From Anolis carolinensis (Eukaryota): a stretch of DNA of 64,000 nt. Under the pieces are notes generated by a model that saw only the letters and a list, made by a program, of their open reading frames with translations, had not been told where the DNA came from and made no database searches. The position numbers and the translations under genes are program-made. Shown piece by piece: positions 13,991-26,324 of the stretch. Each line of letters begins with the position of its first letter. The first letter of the stretch is position 1. The stretch spans positions 158,240,897 to 158,304,896 of the forward strand of contig NC_085845.1 in assembly GCF_035594765.1 (NCBI RefSeq). Direction: 5' to 3'.

Positions 13991-14077
13991 AAAAGTTTAT
14001 TAAACTGGAAAAATGTTGCTGCTGTGGGACACCCTGCAGCATATTTTGCTATAGTTTTTCAATGAATATCTCATAGA

Positions 14078-14625
14078 GGCTGTATCTACATGGCCCGATA
14101 TCCCAGGATCTGATCCCAGATTATCTGCTTTGAACTGGATTATCTGGCAGTGTGGACTCATATAATCCAGTTCAAAGCAGATACAGTAGAGTCTCACTTA
14201 TCCAACACTCACTTATCCAACGTTCTGGATTATCCAACGCATTTTTGTAGTCAATGTTTTCAATATATCGTGATATTTTGGTGCTAAATTCGCAAATACA
14301 GTAATTACTACATAGCATTATTGTGTATTGAACTACTTTTTCTGTCAAATTTGTTGTATAACATGATGTTTTGGTGCTTAATTTGTAAAATCATAACCTA
14401 ATTTGGTGTTTAATAGGCTTCTCCTTAATCTCTCCTTATTATCCAACATATTCGCTTATCCAACATTCTGCTGGCCCGTTTATGTTGGATAAGTGAGACT
14501 CTACTGTAATATGAATTATCTGCTTTGAAAATCTGGATTATATGGCAGTGGAGAAGGGGACTGAATCTCCACTGCCATATTATCTGGGATCAGATCCAGA
14601 GATATAGGGCAATGGTGAAGGGGCC
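14078..14625. mobile_element. Palindromic MITE (PIF/Harbinger-like) hosting a nested Mariner-like MITE
   Basis: Ends ggctgtatctaca...gatctgatcccagattat and tatctgggatcagatcc...gaaggggcc are complementary. Superfamily assignment is by resemblance only. Confidence 0.6.
14184..14506. mobile_element. Tc1/Mariner-type MITE, 323 bp
   Basis: Perfect TIRs cagtagagtctcacttatccaac / gttggataagtgagactctactg with a TA target duplication on both sides. A near-identical inverted copy lies at 50563-50885. Confidence 0.93.
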
Positions 14626-17600
14626 AGAGTCTCATCTACTTTCAAAGTACTTTACTGCACAATGAAACAGGAAATAACACTTTCAAACCAGGAACAGAAA
14701 ATGTTTCAAACTTTGTTACATAGTGTTATTAATTCTGATTTGGGGGTTTTTCACACCATCTTTTTATAATTATATATTTTTTACAATTCTATACTTGTAA
14801 TGCAAGCAAACCTCATTATTTTCACATTGTGCTTGTTCCATATTAGCATGTGGCATTCTGATCTTGGCATCTAGTCATCCATTTAGGCAAAGTACCATTT
14901 CATATAACTTATTAAGTGCTACTGGAGCACTGACTTGATTTTTTGTCTTTTTCTGCTTTCCTACTCTTTTCAGTTTCCACTGCTTCTGCTTAAGATCTTA
15001 AGACTAACCTTCTGCTACTGTGGTTCATGCCAATTGCATTTTTGGCTGCCCTAAGGTAATACCCAAATTGACTTATTTTATTCAGCTGATTATGACTGTT
15101 TTAGCTTTAGTCCTTCCTATTTTCTGCATTTCTATGAATTTAGCCATGACTGAGATGTTAATTCCTTTTGCACAAGCCAAGAAGATAGTGCTAGATCAAA
15201 ACCTGCGTATACATCACCTCTTACATTTTTGTACTTGAGTGCAAATAAAGAACACACATTTTCATGTGCAAATAGAGTTTGTGATTGTGGTATAAACTTG
15301 TTGCCTGCTTAATGGTGATTCACATATTCTGCTTTATGACATATTCTGCTTCTAGCTTTGTTTATATTTGATTATACGTGGCAGTGTTTATTTTCAGTTT
15401 TGTCATCTTAAAAGCTCATGCAACATTTTCAACAGGGAACTTCAAATGTATTTTAGAAGTTGTTTAAAGATTGCAGAAGCTTAAGGCTAGAAAAAGTATC
15501 ACTTCCATGGCTCAATGGAGATTTGGAGTCTTAGTCCAACACTCAAATTACTACTCTCTTCTGGCCCACTATCTTTTACTTTTGCATTTCTAGTGAGGCA
15601 GGGAGAACAATCCAGTGAATGGTGAAAATTAGTGGAGGAACAATTCCCAAGTATGTCTTTGTTTTCCAGCAGTTCTGTCCCTGAATGTTTTTCCTTACCA
15701 GTCAGTGCACTTTGTGTGCACTTATAAGTAGAGAATCAACAGTAATGAACATTTTTGTCATTACACAGTTTCTGAGGATGACTTCCTTCTGCACATGGGC
15801 AAGGAATTTTGTAAAATCCTTGTCCTTCAGAATACACTCCTAGAAACGATAAGATCACACCCAATTTTGTGAATACCATGCCTTTTTGTTAAAAGAAAAG
15901 AAAATGAATTTGCTAGGTAGTACCATATCTCTGAAAGTCGCAGATGTTTGCAGTGGCTGTTATGTTAGAGTAACATGTTTTTTAACACCCAGAAGGCATC
16001 AAATGCTTTGAATCATATCCCCTGTGCATTTAACTGGCTGGAAAACATGTTGCTTTTTCAGTATTGTTTCAGAATATGCATAATCTATTCCCTTCTATTT
16101 TAAAGCTTGAAATAGGTCGAACTGCAGAACGAATAATCCCTGTTTCTTGGCTTTTTACTAAGAAATACTAAATGTAGCTTCAGCCTTTAAGACTGCTAAT
16201 TTTCAGTTGTTCCAGAAGGGGTTTAAATTTGACTGTATCTTGTCCTCATTTCAGCCTCGCAGCCATGTTAGTTTGTGGCAGGAAAAGGACAATATGTGCA
16301 GAGAGCCAGCATATTCATTCCCTAGTAAGCAAATCAATTACTGCCACAGGAACTTTTGGCTTTGAGGGAGCTTCAAATATTCAGTGATAGAACATTGGAG
16401 GGAGAGAGGAGACACCACTGAAGTGGAAGGAGAGAACGTATTTGAAAAATCTGTACATTTGCACGTAATCCATTATTAAAAACATTTGTACATGTGATGT
16501 TCTAAGTACTCATAAAATACCTTTGAATAGAAACAGTTCTTTAAAGGTTTGCATTTTAAGTTATTGTTAACAGTGCATGTTTATTCTTGTTGTGAATGAT
16601 GTTGCCCTTGTCCAAATCACCAGATTGAATTAACTTGGCACCTTTTGTGTTGTTTTCTTACATATTAAGTGTTTCTGTTTTATAATAGATACAGGTAAAA
16701 GTAAACATTGTGTTCTAAGATGTGTTGGTTGCTTTTAATGGTTTTAATGGTTAACCTGAAAGAAATACCACCATAAAGATCTAGGAAAATCATAAATAAA
16801 ATCATAAATAAATAAAATCATAAATCAGTGAACATTGCCTTTTCTCTCTGTCACAAAAACTTGAATAAATCAGAGGTGCAACTATGTTATCTATTATAAT
16901 TTGCTAGAAACATGAACACACCCAGGATAAATCCTCCTTCTTTGAGATTTTATTTAGTATTGTTATTTTTTTATTATACTCATATTAAAGCCATGCAAAT
17001 TATTTTCCTACTCAAACTCGAACTGGGTATTGAATGTGTTCAAGAGAAAATGGAAACCAAGCTTCTATAAAGCTGTTGTGGTTTATATCCTCCATTATGA
17101 TTGATATGACTGACTCAAGACATTTTGCTGCCTGAGGCCAAGGAGAAAATAGTACTCTGCCTAATTCTATAGAGAATCCAACCAGGCTGCTGGTTGAACA
17201 CTAGTAAAAGCAGATTGTTGTGTACTGTCTCTGAGGGCAGTAGGCTATTTTAGGAAGTCCAGAGGGAATGTGGGAGCACAGTATATGTATATGTGTGCTT
17301 GCATGCATTTTCACCACCATTGTCTGTTGCCCTTATTCCTCCTAGTAGCAAGGTCAACTCTTAGTATATTCTTCCTACTGGCAGGGTCAACCCTCAGTAT
17401 AATCTAAAGAATTAGAAATATTTTTGAGATGTAGACATATATGAAAGCTGGTTTCCTTCTCTTAGAACAGGAAAAAGTAGTAGATAATTGTATTGTTGAC
17501 AAGCAGAGGTATTTTAAGATGGTGATTGCAACTAGTTGTGGTGATATGAGCATATAATGTTTATAAATATCATAACTTTTCAACCTATTCACAACATAAT

Positions 17601-19388
17601 GTCCACAACGTATTCTGTGAAAAATGGTACAGCTGAACATATTGTATTTATTATTTGTTTGTTTACTGTACTTATACTCTGCCCTTCTCATCCCAGGGTG
17701 GCTTACAAACTATAGCAATAATTCAATGCCAGATTCAGACAATAATAGTAATAGCAAAACACAATATTATAAAACTGTCTTATAAGATTGTATAGGGCAA
17801 ATTGAGAACTAATGTGATGGGGGAAAAGAGAGAGGGAAGGAACAAGGAGGCCAGAGAAGGGAGATGTTGCAAGGGCTAAGGGAATGAGACAAGGTATGTA
17901 ATAGATTAAGGAGCAAGGGCCCAAGGGGGGAAAAAGGGGGGTGGGTGGGATCTATTAGAAAACATAATAGAGATTCGGTGGATATGAACTGTTAACTGGA
18001 AAATGTTAGAAAAAGAAGCTGGAAAAAACCTGCAGAATCATGACCCTGGAAATAAAGCATGCTAAATTAACTTCTAGGATGGTTGGTATTGCCATATTTG
18101 CTGTGCATTATCCTGGACACTTTTGTGAATATGGAAAGAATGCATATTTGAAATATCTCTGTGGTAGTAAATGAGATGAAAAGTTAGCATGGACTCTAGA
18201 GGAAGCCTTCACTCATAATAATTTAGGGATGGTTGATGTGCTCTTTAGTGCTTTGTTATTGTTTTGCTGCTTTCAATGCAAGTTCAGCCACATGTTGTTG
18301 TAATGATGTTGAATAGGCTTTGTTCTTTTTCTGGCCTCTGAGCAAGTGGCTGGCAGAGGCAGATTGGGTTGGGCAATAAATTCTAAGGACATGAAAGGTA
18401 CTGTGGAGGCATGTTAAAAGAATATTGATGAGATATCTGGAAGATCTTCTGAGACTTGTAGTCATTGATTTATGACAGGGCCTTAACAGTAAGGTGGATT
18501 CAAGGTGAGTAGTTTTTGTAATTGTTGAGATAGATGGGACCCTGTGTGATGCTTTCTCCTACAGACTACTAAACAGAAATAGTGTTTCTTGTACTCAGCT
18601 GTGAGAGCATGACGATTCTGTTTCATACTATATTATAATCTTTTAGATTTGAAGTTTGTCACCCTCATGTAGTAGTGGCTTTTTTCAAAGCAATATTTTG
18701 GGAATTAGGTCATGAAGGTTGGAGTTCTAATAGCATGAAATTTGACTGTGAAATCCCTGGAAAATTTCATATTGACACACTTGCAACCAATATGTTTTAT
18801 TAGGTTTCCTATCCAACTGCAGCTTTGTTTTGGATGTTGTGAGGTGGAATTAAATGCTTTCCTGTGGCCTCAATCTAATTATTTGTCCCAACTAGTGTAT
18901 TCAGTTAAGTCAAATCAACATTTCTCTGACCCAAGAGGACTATTCCAATTGGGATTAGCCAATGGATTGATCTGCAAAGCATATTACAGCTATATTCTGA
19001 ATTACGCATAGGAATTTTTGAAGTATTGAGGATGGAATCTGATAGCCAGCTGTTTGTAATGTATAACATTTACTATTCTCGCTTAATGTAAGGGAATTTC
19101 AATCTATTGCCAGCTCTAGCACACAAATAAGGAAGGGTTATGGCCCTTCAAATAAAGTTCATTTACTGCCTTGCAAGTTATTTTAACTTTGTCCTTATGA
19201 TGCACTATTGACAGATAACCTTGAAAAGTGGCTCCTTAACAGAAACAAGTCTTGATAATTTAGCATTTTTTCTGTAGCAAAACTGGATTTTAATCCAAAA
19301 CATTACCATGTTGAATGTACATCTGAATTTTTGTAGCATTTGTCATTGATAACCATGACAATCTTGTGCGGCATCTTTTACTTAACAG

Positions 19389-19470
19389 GTTGCCTTTGCC
19401 TCCAGGAGCCTTTTTGGGTCTTTGGAAAAATGAGGAGACTTACAAGGAATTATACTTTCAAAAATTTCCG
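19389..19470 (+). CDS. ACSS3: ACSS3 coding exon, 82 bp: (K)LPLPPGAFLGLWKNEETYKELYFQKFP
   Basis: ttaacag acceptor, gtgag donor, and the KLPLPPG motif. Confidence 0.96.
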
Positions 19471-19858
19471 GTGAGAATTAAAAATATAATTAAATACCTC
19501 TGGCATTAGTTCTACAGAAGTGGTGGTCTATAAACTAATGCAAGTCTATGAGATTGGATGTTAGTTTTCAGTGAATTTCCGGAAAAGAAAGAAACAGTTG
19601 TAGCCAGTGTGCAAAATATGGTACCAGTCCCTGGAAATATTAGTAAAAAAAATTGCAAGTACCCATGTCATAGAGCCCAAGAAGCACTTCTCAAGATTAT
19701 GGAATGCAGTATTCTCCTTAGCTTTTTAGCCTAGGCCCCCTGCAATTTCTTTGTTCAGTGCACCTTTGTAGCTGTTGAATTTATTTTTCCATAAATGTTG
19801 CTGAAGTGTTTTCAGGGCTGAATATTTGTGTTTCTTGAATGGTTATACATTTAAATCA

Positions 19859-19995
19859 NNNNNNNNNNNNNNNNNNNNNNNNNNNNNNNNNNNNNNNNNN
19901 NNNNNNNNNNNNNNNNNNNNNNNNNNNNNNNNNNNNNNNNNNNNNNNNNNNNNNNNNNNNNNNNNNNNNNNNNNNNNNNNNNNNNNNNNNNNNNN
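19859..19995. other. Assembly gap (137 N)
   Basis: Run of N. Confidence 1.
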
Positions 19996-20776
19996 CGAAT
20001 GGGACCCTGAAGAAGGAGACAGAAAGCCTGATCCTTGCAGCCCAGGAGAAAGCCATCAGGCCAAATGGAATTAAGGCCAAGATCGAAAAATCAGCTGATG
20101 ACCCAAAATGCAGACTCTTCAAGGAAACCGATGAAACCATTGATCATATCCTCAGCTGCTGTAACAAAATCGCACAGAAAGACTACAAACAGAGGCACAA
20201 CTATGTGGCCCAAATGATTCATTGGAACTTATGCCTCAAGTACCACCTCCCAGCAGTAAAGAACTGGTGGGATCACAAACCTGCAAAAGTATTGGAAAAT
20301 GAGCACGCAAAGATACTGTGGAACTTCCGAATCCAGACTGACAAAGTTCTGGAACACAACACACCAAACATCACAATTGTGGAAAAGAAAAAGGTTTGGA
20401 TCATTGATGTTGCCATCCCAGGTGACAGTCGCATTGACGAAAAACAACAGGAAAAACTCAGCCGCTATCAGGACCTCAAGATTGAACTTCAAAGACTCTG
20501 GCAGAAACCAGTGCAGGTGGTCCCGGTGGTGATGGGCACACTGGGTGCCGTGCCAAAAGATCTCAGCCGGCATTTGGAAACAATAGACATTGACAAAATT
20601 ACGATTTGTCAACTGCAAAAGGCCACCCTACTGGGATCTGCGTGCATCATCCGAAAATACATCACACAGTCCTAGACACTTGGGAAGTGTTCGACTTGTG
20701 ATTTTGTGAAACGAAATCCAGCATATCTATCTTGTTTGCTGTGTCATACAATAAAGTAATAATAATAATAATAATA
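19996..20776 (+). mobile_element. R4/Dong-clade non-LTR retrotransposon 3' end (zinc knuckle plus restriction-like endonuclease)
   Basis: ORF to 20675: CRL.KETDETIDHILSCC...RHN...TPNITIV...IIDVAIP...EKLSRYQDL. Short 3'UTR and (TAA)n tail. Confidence 0.9.
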
Positions 20777-21332
20777 GTTTTATTTCTTGCCCGCCTCTCC
20801 TAAAATACACATATTAAAACATACCTCCACATTGTAATAGAAAACATGTTTGTCTAGAAAGAAAGAGTCTTATTTCTTTTATCTTCTTGGGGAGGGGGTA
20901 TCTATACAGTACTTGAGAACCCCATATCCTCGCACCCCACTAGATTCAGGAAGGAGAAAAAAACAGCGACAAAACTATTTTTGGTGGGAAGATGTATTGG
21001 AATGTCATTTTGCTACTTCCCTATGCCTCAAAATCATTTTAAATGGCTTTCAGAAATGACTGCAATATTACTTTTGGTTTTGGGTAATGAGAGATGTTTG
21101 GCATGTGTTGGAATGGGGGAAGGCAGGGAGAAAGATCTCTGGCCCTCTCTTTGTACTTGCCCATACCAGAATTGGGGATTATAAAACCTATATTGAAACA
21201 TTACGTAACATTGGGATGGGTGAAGGTAAAGATTATGACAAAAGGGATACTTTAGGGTACTTGTACTGATAGTAAATAAACAAGATTCCACATTCTGACA
21301 ATACCTTTTCATTCTCCTGCTTTTATTCTCAG

Positions 21333-21455
21333 GGATACTATGATACTATGGATGCAGGTTATATGGATGAAGAGGGCTATTTGTATGTCATGTCTCGAGT
21401 GGATGATGTAATCAACGTTGCAGGCCATAGAATTTCGGCAGGTGCGCTTGAGGAG
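21333..21455 (+). CDS. ACSS3: ACSS3 coding exon, 123 bp: GYYDTMDAGYMDEEGYLYVMSRVDDVINVAGHRISAGALEE
   Basis: Canonical splice sites and the ANL-family A7/A8 motifs. Confidence 0.97.
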
Positions 21456-21677
21456 GTAAGTACAATGCTAATGCAAATGTCAATAAAATGAAAACTGGCT
21501 AAGGTTTTAAATCTTCACTAAAATCTCCATCTTGTGACTTAGAAATCTTTTTAAGGTAGATGTAATGTTCAAGATTTTATTGCTGAGAGGAACAATGAAT
21601 TACCAAGTTTCCAGTTGTATATTTTGGAGGACATTATAGAATAGAATCCTATTAGCATTATAGAATAGAATCTTGTT

Positions 21678-21778
21678 AGGCTGGATGGCCATCTGTCAGG
21701 AGTGCTTGGATTAGGTGTTTCTGTGTGGCGGGACTGGGTGGCCCTTGAGGTTTCTTTCAACTTTATCATTCTGTGCCG
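21678..21778 (+). mobile_element. CR1 LINE 3' terminal fragment
   Basis: ggctggatggccatctgtc...ggactgggtggccctt...caact...attctgtg; same family as the minus-strand copy at 42777-43030. Confidence 0.7.
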
Positions 21779-23242
21779 CATTAGAGTTTCAGATTTTTCA
21801 TTGTTGCACAGCAGTAGTGATAAAAGACAGACAAAATCTGCTGATTGTGAGCAACCTGTTTCTATAATGCCTTGAGTAGCTATGCTTGTTCTCTCATGCT
21901 ACCTACACCTTACATAGTTACACCATTGTAAGGCACCAATAGGATTCAACCATAGACAGCTTAACCTGTTGTTATTTGATCATCAGTGACATCATGAACG
22001 CGTTCGTTTCTGGTTCTCTTTCCCACCCGCCATTTTCTTCTTGTTATATTAGCATTAAAAATTAAAATAACAAAAGACACAAAGGACAAAAGATTCACAT
22101 AAACGAAGGCAAAAGGAAGAAAAAGGAATGATCAACAGTGTCAAATGCAAGGAATGATCAAGAACAGCAAGGAAGATATTTTAAAAGGAAAAAAATAATG
22201 GGAAAGGCTGAACCAAATGAACCAGTGTGTTAAAGGAAAATTAGCATCAAAATAGTCATGAAAATTGGGTTGGAAACAGACTTAATCTGCTTTGGGTAAA
22301 CCCTATGGCACAGATTAAACAGTTGACATTTGCATGAAACTATGTGAGTAAAGCCAAGAGGAAGTGACTCCTCACTTTGCAGATCCCAAACTGCTCCTGG
22401 GGTCAGGTACACCATTGAGAGCAGAGCATTGGGTGTTGCAGAAGGCTGGAAAAAGAAAGTCCTGCCACAGATGTGAAGGAGCTGTTTGGGGAATCAGCTC
22501 CTTAGATTTTTTTCCCCATCAGTGAATGAGTCTCAGCTATCAGACTCAATGGAACATTTGAGGACAAAATTACATGGTTTCTCTATTCTGGCAATCATAT
22601 GTTGCTAGTCTTAGTTTTTTTGAGAAAAATAATGCAAAGCTATAAAGCTTTAAATAAATTATACTGTATTTAACTTTAAGTGTTAGGAAGATTTCTCAGA
22701 CCTTCTCTCTTCTGCTTCAGGGAAAATATGTCGTAATTTTTACAGCATATCTTAATCTTTACAGCATAACTGTGTCTTCATTTTGAAAAACAGGTGGTAA
22801 ATTGCGGTCAATATTTGAGTGAAAAGGCCTTGAATCATTTCTGTATGTCACTGGTCTTAATTTTGGAATCTCACAAAATGAAATGTGTAAAATTGGCAGG
22901 TTACAAATGTAGCACCATCTAACTTTGACATTTTATTTTTGGCAAACAATGGTATTGTGTTATGTATGGAAACTAAATCACCATTGGCACATCATTGTGT
23001 GGATACATGCAAGCTGCCATGCAACCAACTGCAATAATAAAGCCTTTCAAATAATCAGTTTTATCACAGGATTTTTGCATTGTGGCAAGTTTCTTGGCTA
23101 ATTTCATTATAAGTCTGAAAGCTATCCATGGCACTGAAATTAGAAACAAGATATAATTTCTGGATTTCAAGATCCTTTGTATGGACAATGTGGTCACTAT
23201 AATGTGTTCATTGAGGGCTTTCTTTCTCTGTTTTCGCACCAG

Positions 23243-23342
23243 GCTGTCTTGTCCCATTGTGATGTGGCAGATTGTGCGGTTGTTGGCCAAGAAGACTCTT
23301 TAAAGGGCCATGTGCCATTGGCATTGTGCGTCTTAAGAAATG
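23243..23342 (+). CDS. ACSS3: ACSS3 coding exon, 100 bp: AVLSHCDVADCAVVGQEDSLKGHVPLALCVLRN
   Basis: accag acceptor, gtgag donor, phase consistent. Confidence 0.96.
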
Positions 23343-23498
23343 GTGAGACTGTTGATAGAGGTGAAATCTAGCTTTGTGATTGGTGGTGTTCATGCTCATA
23401 CCTTGACGTGTCTATGACCTTGAGGTGGCTAACAGAATTGTAACCATAGGAACGGACAAAACCACTTCGGAAAACTACGCTCTTATATTTCTTATCAG

Positions 23499-23674
23499 GA
23501 GTGGAGGCTGAAGAAGAAAAGCTCTTGGAAGAAATTGTTAAGAGAGTTAGAGAAAATATTGGCCCCGTGGCAGCATTTCGGAAAGCAGTATTTGTGAAAC
23601 AGCTACCGAAGACTCGTTCTGGCAAGATCCCGCGGTCAACTCTTTCTTCTTTAGTGAATGGAAAACCATACAAG
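23499..23674 (+). CDS. ACSS3: ACSS3 coding exon, 176 bp, containing the A10 motif LPKTRSGK
   Basis: atcag acceptor and gtgaa donor. Reads VRENIGPVAAFRKAVFVKQLPKTRSGKIPR. Confidence 0.97.
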
Positions 23675-24141
23675 GTGAATAGCAGTATTCAGCTACTGCA
23701 GTGATCATAGATAATACTTTACTTAAATTGTTGTTCTGTACAGGGCTCTTTGTAAGTTTGCAGTCTTAACACTATGCTCCTAAAGTTATGCCTAACTTTT
23801 GTGGTATATTCATGACTTCTTGTGAAGCTAAACCATTGCATTGACTCATGCAGCAATTCAAAATGTACCTTTCCATAGCTGATTTAACAAGGTTTAGTTG
23901 AATAACTTTGCTATAAATGCCTTTCAGATGGCCCATAACTTTCTCACACTGTTGTACTCAACACATTAGTCTGAAATCATTTTTGTATTAAAAGCAATGA
24001 AGTGATGATTGTAGTCCATCACAAGAAGGTGGTTTGTGGCTTTTAAACCACAGGTTATGACTTCATTGTTTTTGAAGCGTAAATAGTATGATTTCAGCAA
24101 AGCAGTTAAAATCCTACTATCTTGATTTCTTATTTCCTCAG

Positions 24142-24213
24142 ATAAGTCCAACCATTGAGGACCCTGCTGTGTTTAAGCATGTTGAAGAAGTGCTGAAGAC
24201 TAAGCTGAAGTAA
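24142..24213 (+). CDS. ACSS3: ACSS3 last coding segment: ISPTIEDPAVFKHVEEVLKTKLK*
   Basis: ttcctcag acceptor, conserved TIEDP motif, tandem stops TAA TAG. Confidence 0.95.
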   Translation: MSPTIEDPAVFKHVEEVLKTKLK

Positions 24214-25766
24214 TAGTTGTTCAAATCTGAGCAATACCTGATATATCAGGTAAGTCTAATAACTGCAGTAATATTAGTTCAGCAAAAATGTTGGGCATGT
24301 ATAATGCTACAGTAGTACATAAAATGTAAGTTCGTAGTGATTTTTAAATGAAGCATCTTGTTTTAAATTAAGAAACTAGTCTAAATGGAAAGTTTGTAAC
24401 TTGTAGGCAGTTTGAAACCTATAATAAATTATAAAGCAGGAGGTGATGCCATGGGGCATGTTATGCCAAAATTAAGTACTTTAAAGTTCCATCAATCTCA
24501 TTGTGTGTTTAATTATACTGCCATACTGTTACCATGTCCCAAAAGAATCCTTTTCAGTAACTCAGTTCTGAGGACTAAAATTCCTTCTGGTGTTAGGAGA
24601 ACACAAACATTTTCCATTACTGCAAGAAGAAGAGGACAAGGGTTTTGACTAGAAATAAGACCAATATGTAAAAGGAAGACCCCTCTCTTCACCATTGGGC
24701 ACAGAAATGCAACAGGATAAAGCTTTTCTAAGTTTGACTGTCATACTTTGTTCCTTGGAACCAGAGATTGGGGGATTTGCAAAGCCTCGCAATTCCAGAC
24801 TGCAGATGGATAACAGCTCTGATTGGATTGGCTTTTTAGAGTTGCCATTTATATGCAAGAATACAGCTGCTCCATGTGCCTGTGATTTAGGATGATGATG
24901 ATAGGAGAGGTCATGGACTGCATTGGTTTGGCAGCAGCTTGAGTTTGTATTCCTATGCAAGCCTCGGGATCGCCAATCTTGTAAATAATGACTTTCATTG
25001 TGTTTTTTCACTCTTCTATTAACGGAGCTCATACTGTTCCTTCCCTTCTATAGGTGGATTGTATTTTTGGGGGTGCAGATGATCACCTTATGGTCAGAGA
25101 ATGGTGAAGAAATCCCAACCATAGTCTTTTTATTGAATCCCTGGTAATTACATATTGATTCACCGATTAGGATTGATTCAGTGGGTCTGCTCTCACTGGG
25201 ACTAGCAGTAGCTAGCGTTCAGGCCAGAGATGACTCTCTTTCGAAAGGGAAATTTGCCATAGCATGCGGGAACTAATTAATTCTCCATATCAACATCTCT
25301 CTACACATCAGTGGAAATATTTTCTCCTCATGTGGTCATGTTTGGTTGTTGTCCACTTTCAGCTAAATAATGAGTACATTTTTTAAATTTTATCCCCTCT
25401 ACTTATCAGAGGTCTGGGAAACAAGAATGTGATAAACACTCTCCTCAAGTGACAGCTATCCAGTTGTAAAATTCTTCCCCTTTGTAAATCACAAATTTGT
25501 GGCCAACCACCTTTTAGATATTCTATTTGGAAACACATTACAAGAAAGAGGGAAAATAATGCTAGGTTTTTCCAGTGATGCTGAACACACACACATAAAC
25601 ACACATACATACACACCCCAGTTATCATAATTTAGGTTTTGAATGTCACTATTTAAATTTTTTGTGTGAGTTTTTGGGTGGATATGGCTGTCAGTGCTGA
25701 CATTTAATGATAAAACTGAACTTTTTTGCTTTAACCACTGTGCAGTCCTGAGAAAGACCCTGCTGA

Positions 25767-25772
25767 AATAAA
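25767..25772 (+). terminator. Candidate ACSS3 polyadenylation signal AATAAA (others at 24423, 26402, 26572)
   Basis: Hexamer downstream of the ACSS3 stop. Which one is used cannot be determined from sequence. Confidence 0.35.
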
Positions 25773-26324
25773 AAGATGTATTATATTTCCAACTCTATGC
25801 TTCGACATATTGAGGCTGTTGATTTCTTAAGTACATGTAGGAGAAAGAGTGCGTGGGCATGGGTATGTACGTATAAAAATTAACATCTGACCTTGAGGAG
25901 GTGGGAATGTCTTCCAGTGCAAATTTAAAAGGTCATTGGAACAGAAAATCTTACCAGAATGCTGCTTCCCAAAATCTTTTAAAGCTATGCCTCAAACTTT
26001 TGCTTTATAACTATTCAACTATTACTAAGGCTTCGGTGATTACATCGATCTACTGTGTAGTAATCACTGGGTGAATCCAGTTTTCTGGTGGCCATATCTA
26101 AAATCCATTTGCACAAAAATGTGCACTGGAGGATTTTTGCTATATATAAAACAGCACATTTATTCTGCCACCTTGTGGCAAACTGCAACAGTGTCTTTCA
26201 GAGCACATTCTGTTCGCTTGTTAATCAAAAATGTTATGTTTATATTCATCCCTGAAGCAATGCTAATCTCTAAAGTTGCACTTGAAACTATGGCACATGC
26301 AGCCCCATCACAGACTGAACACAT

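Noticed and set aside
18490-18504. 15-nt frame-preserving segment in an ACSS3 intron between ttaacag and a perfect AAG|GTGAGT donor
   Set aside because: No polypyrimidine tract before the AG, and it would interrupt the conserved VVKLPLPPG motif; probably chance.
21632-21679. 24-bp tandem duplication cattatagaatagaatc(c/t)t(a/g)ttag; also short AT-rich repeats at about 16787-16825
   Set aside because: Ordinary slippage or insertion-junction duplications with no further structure.
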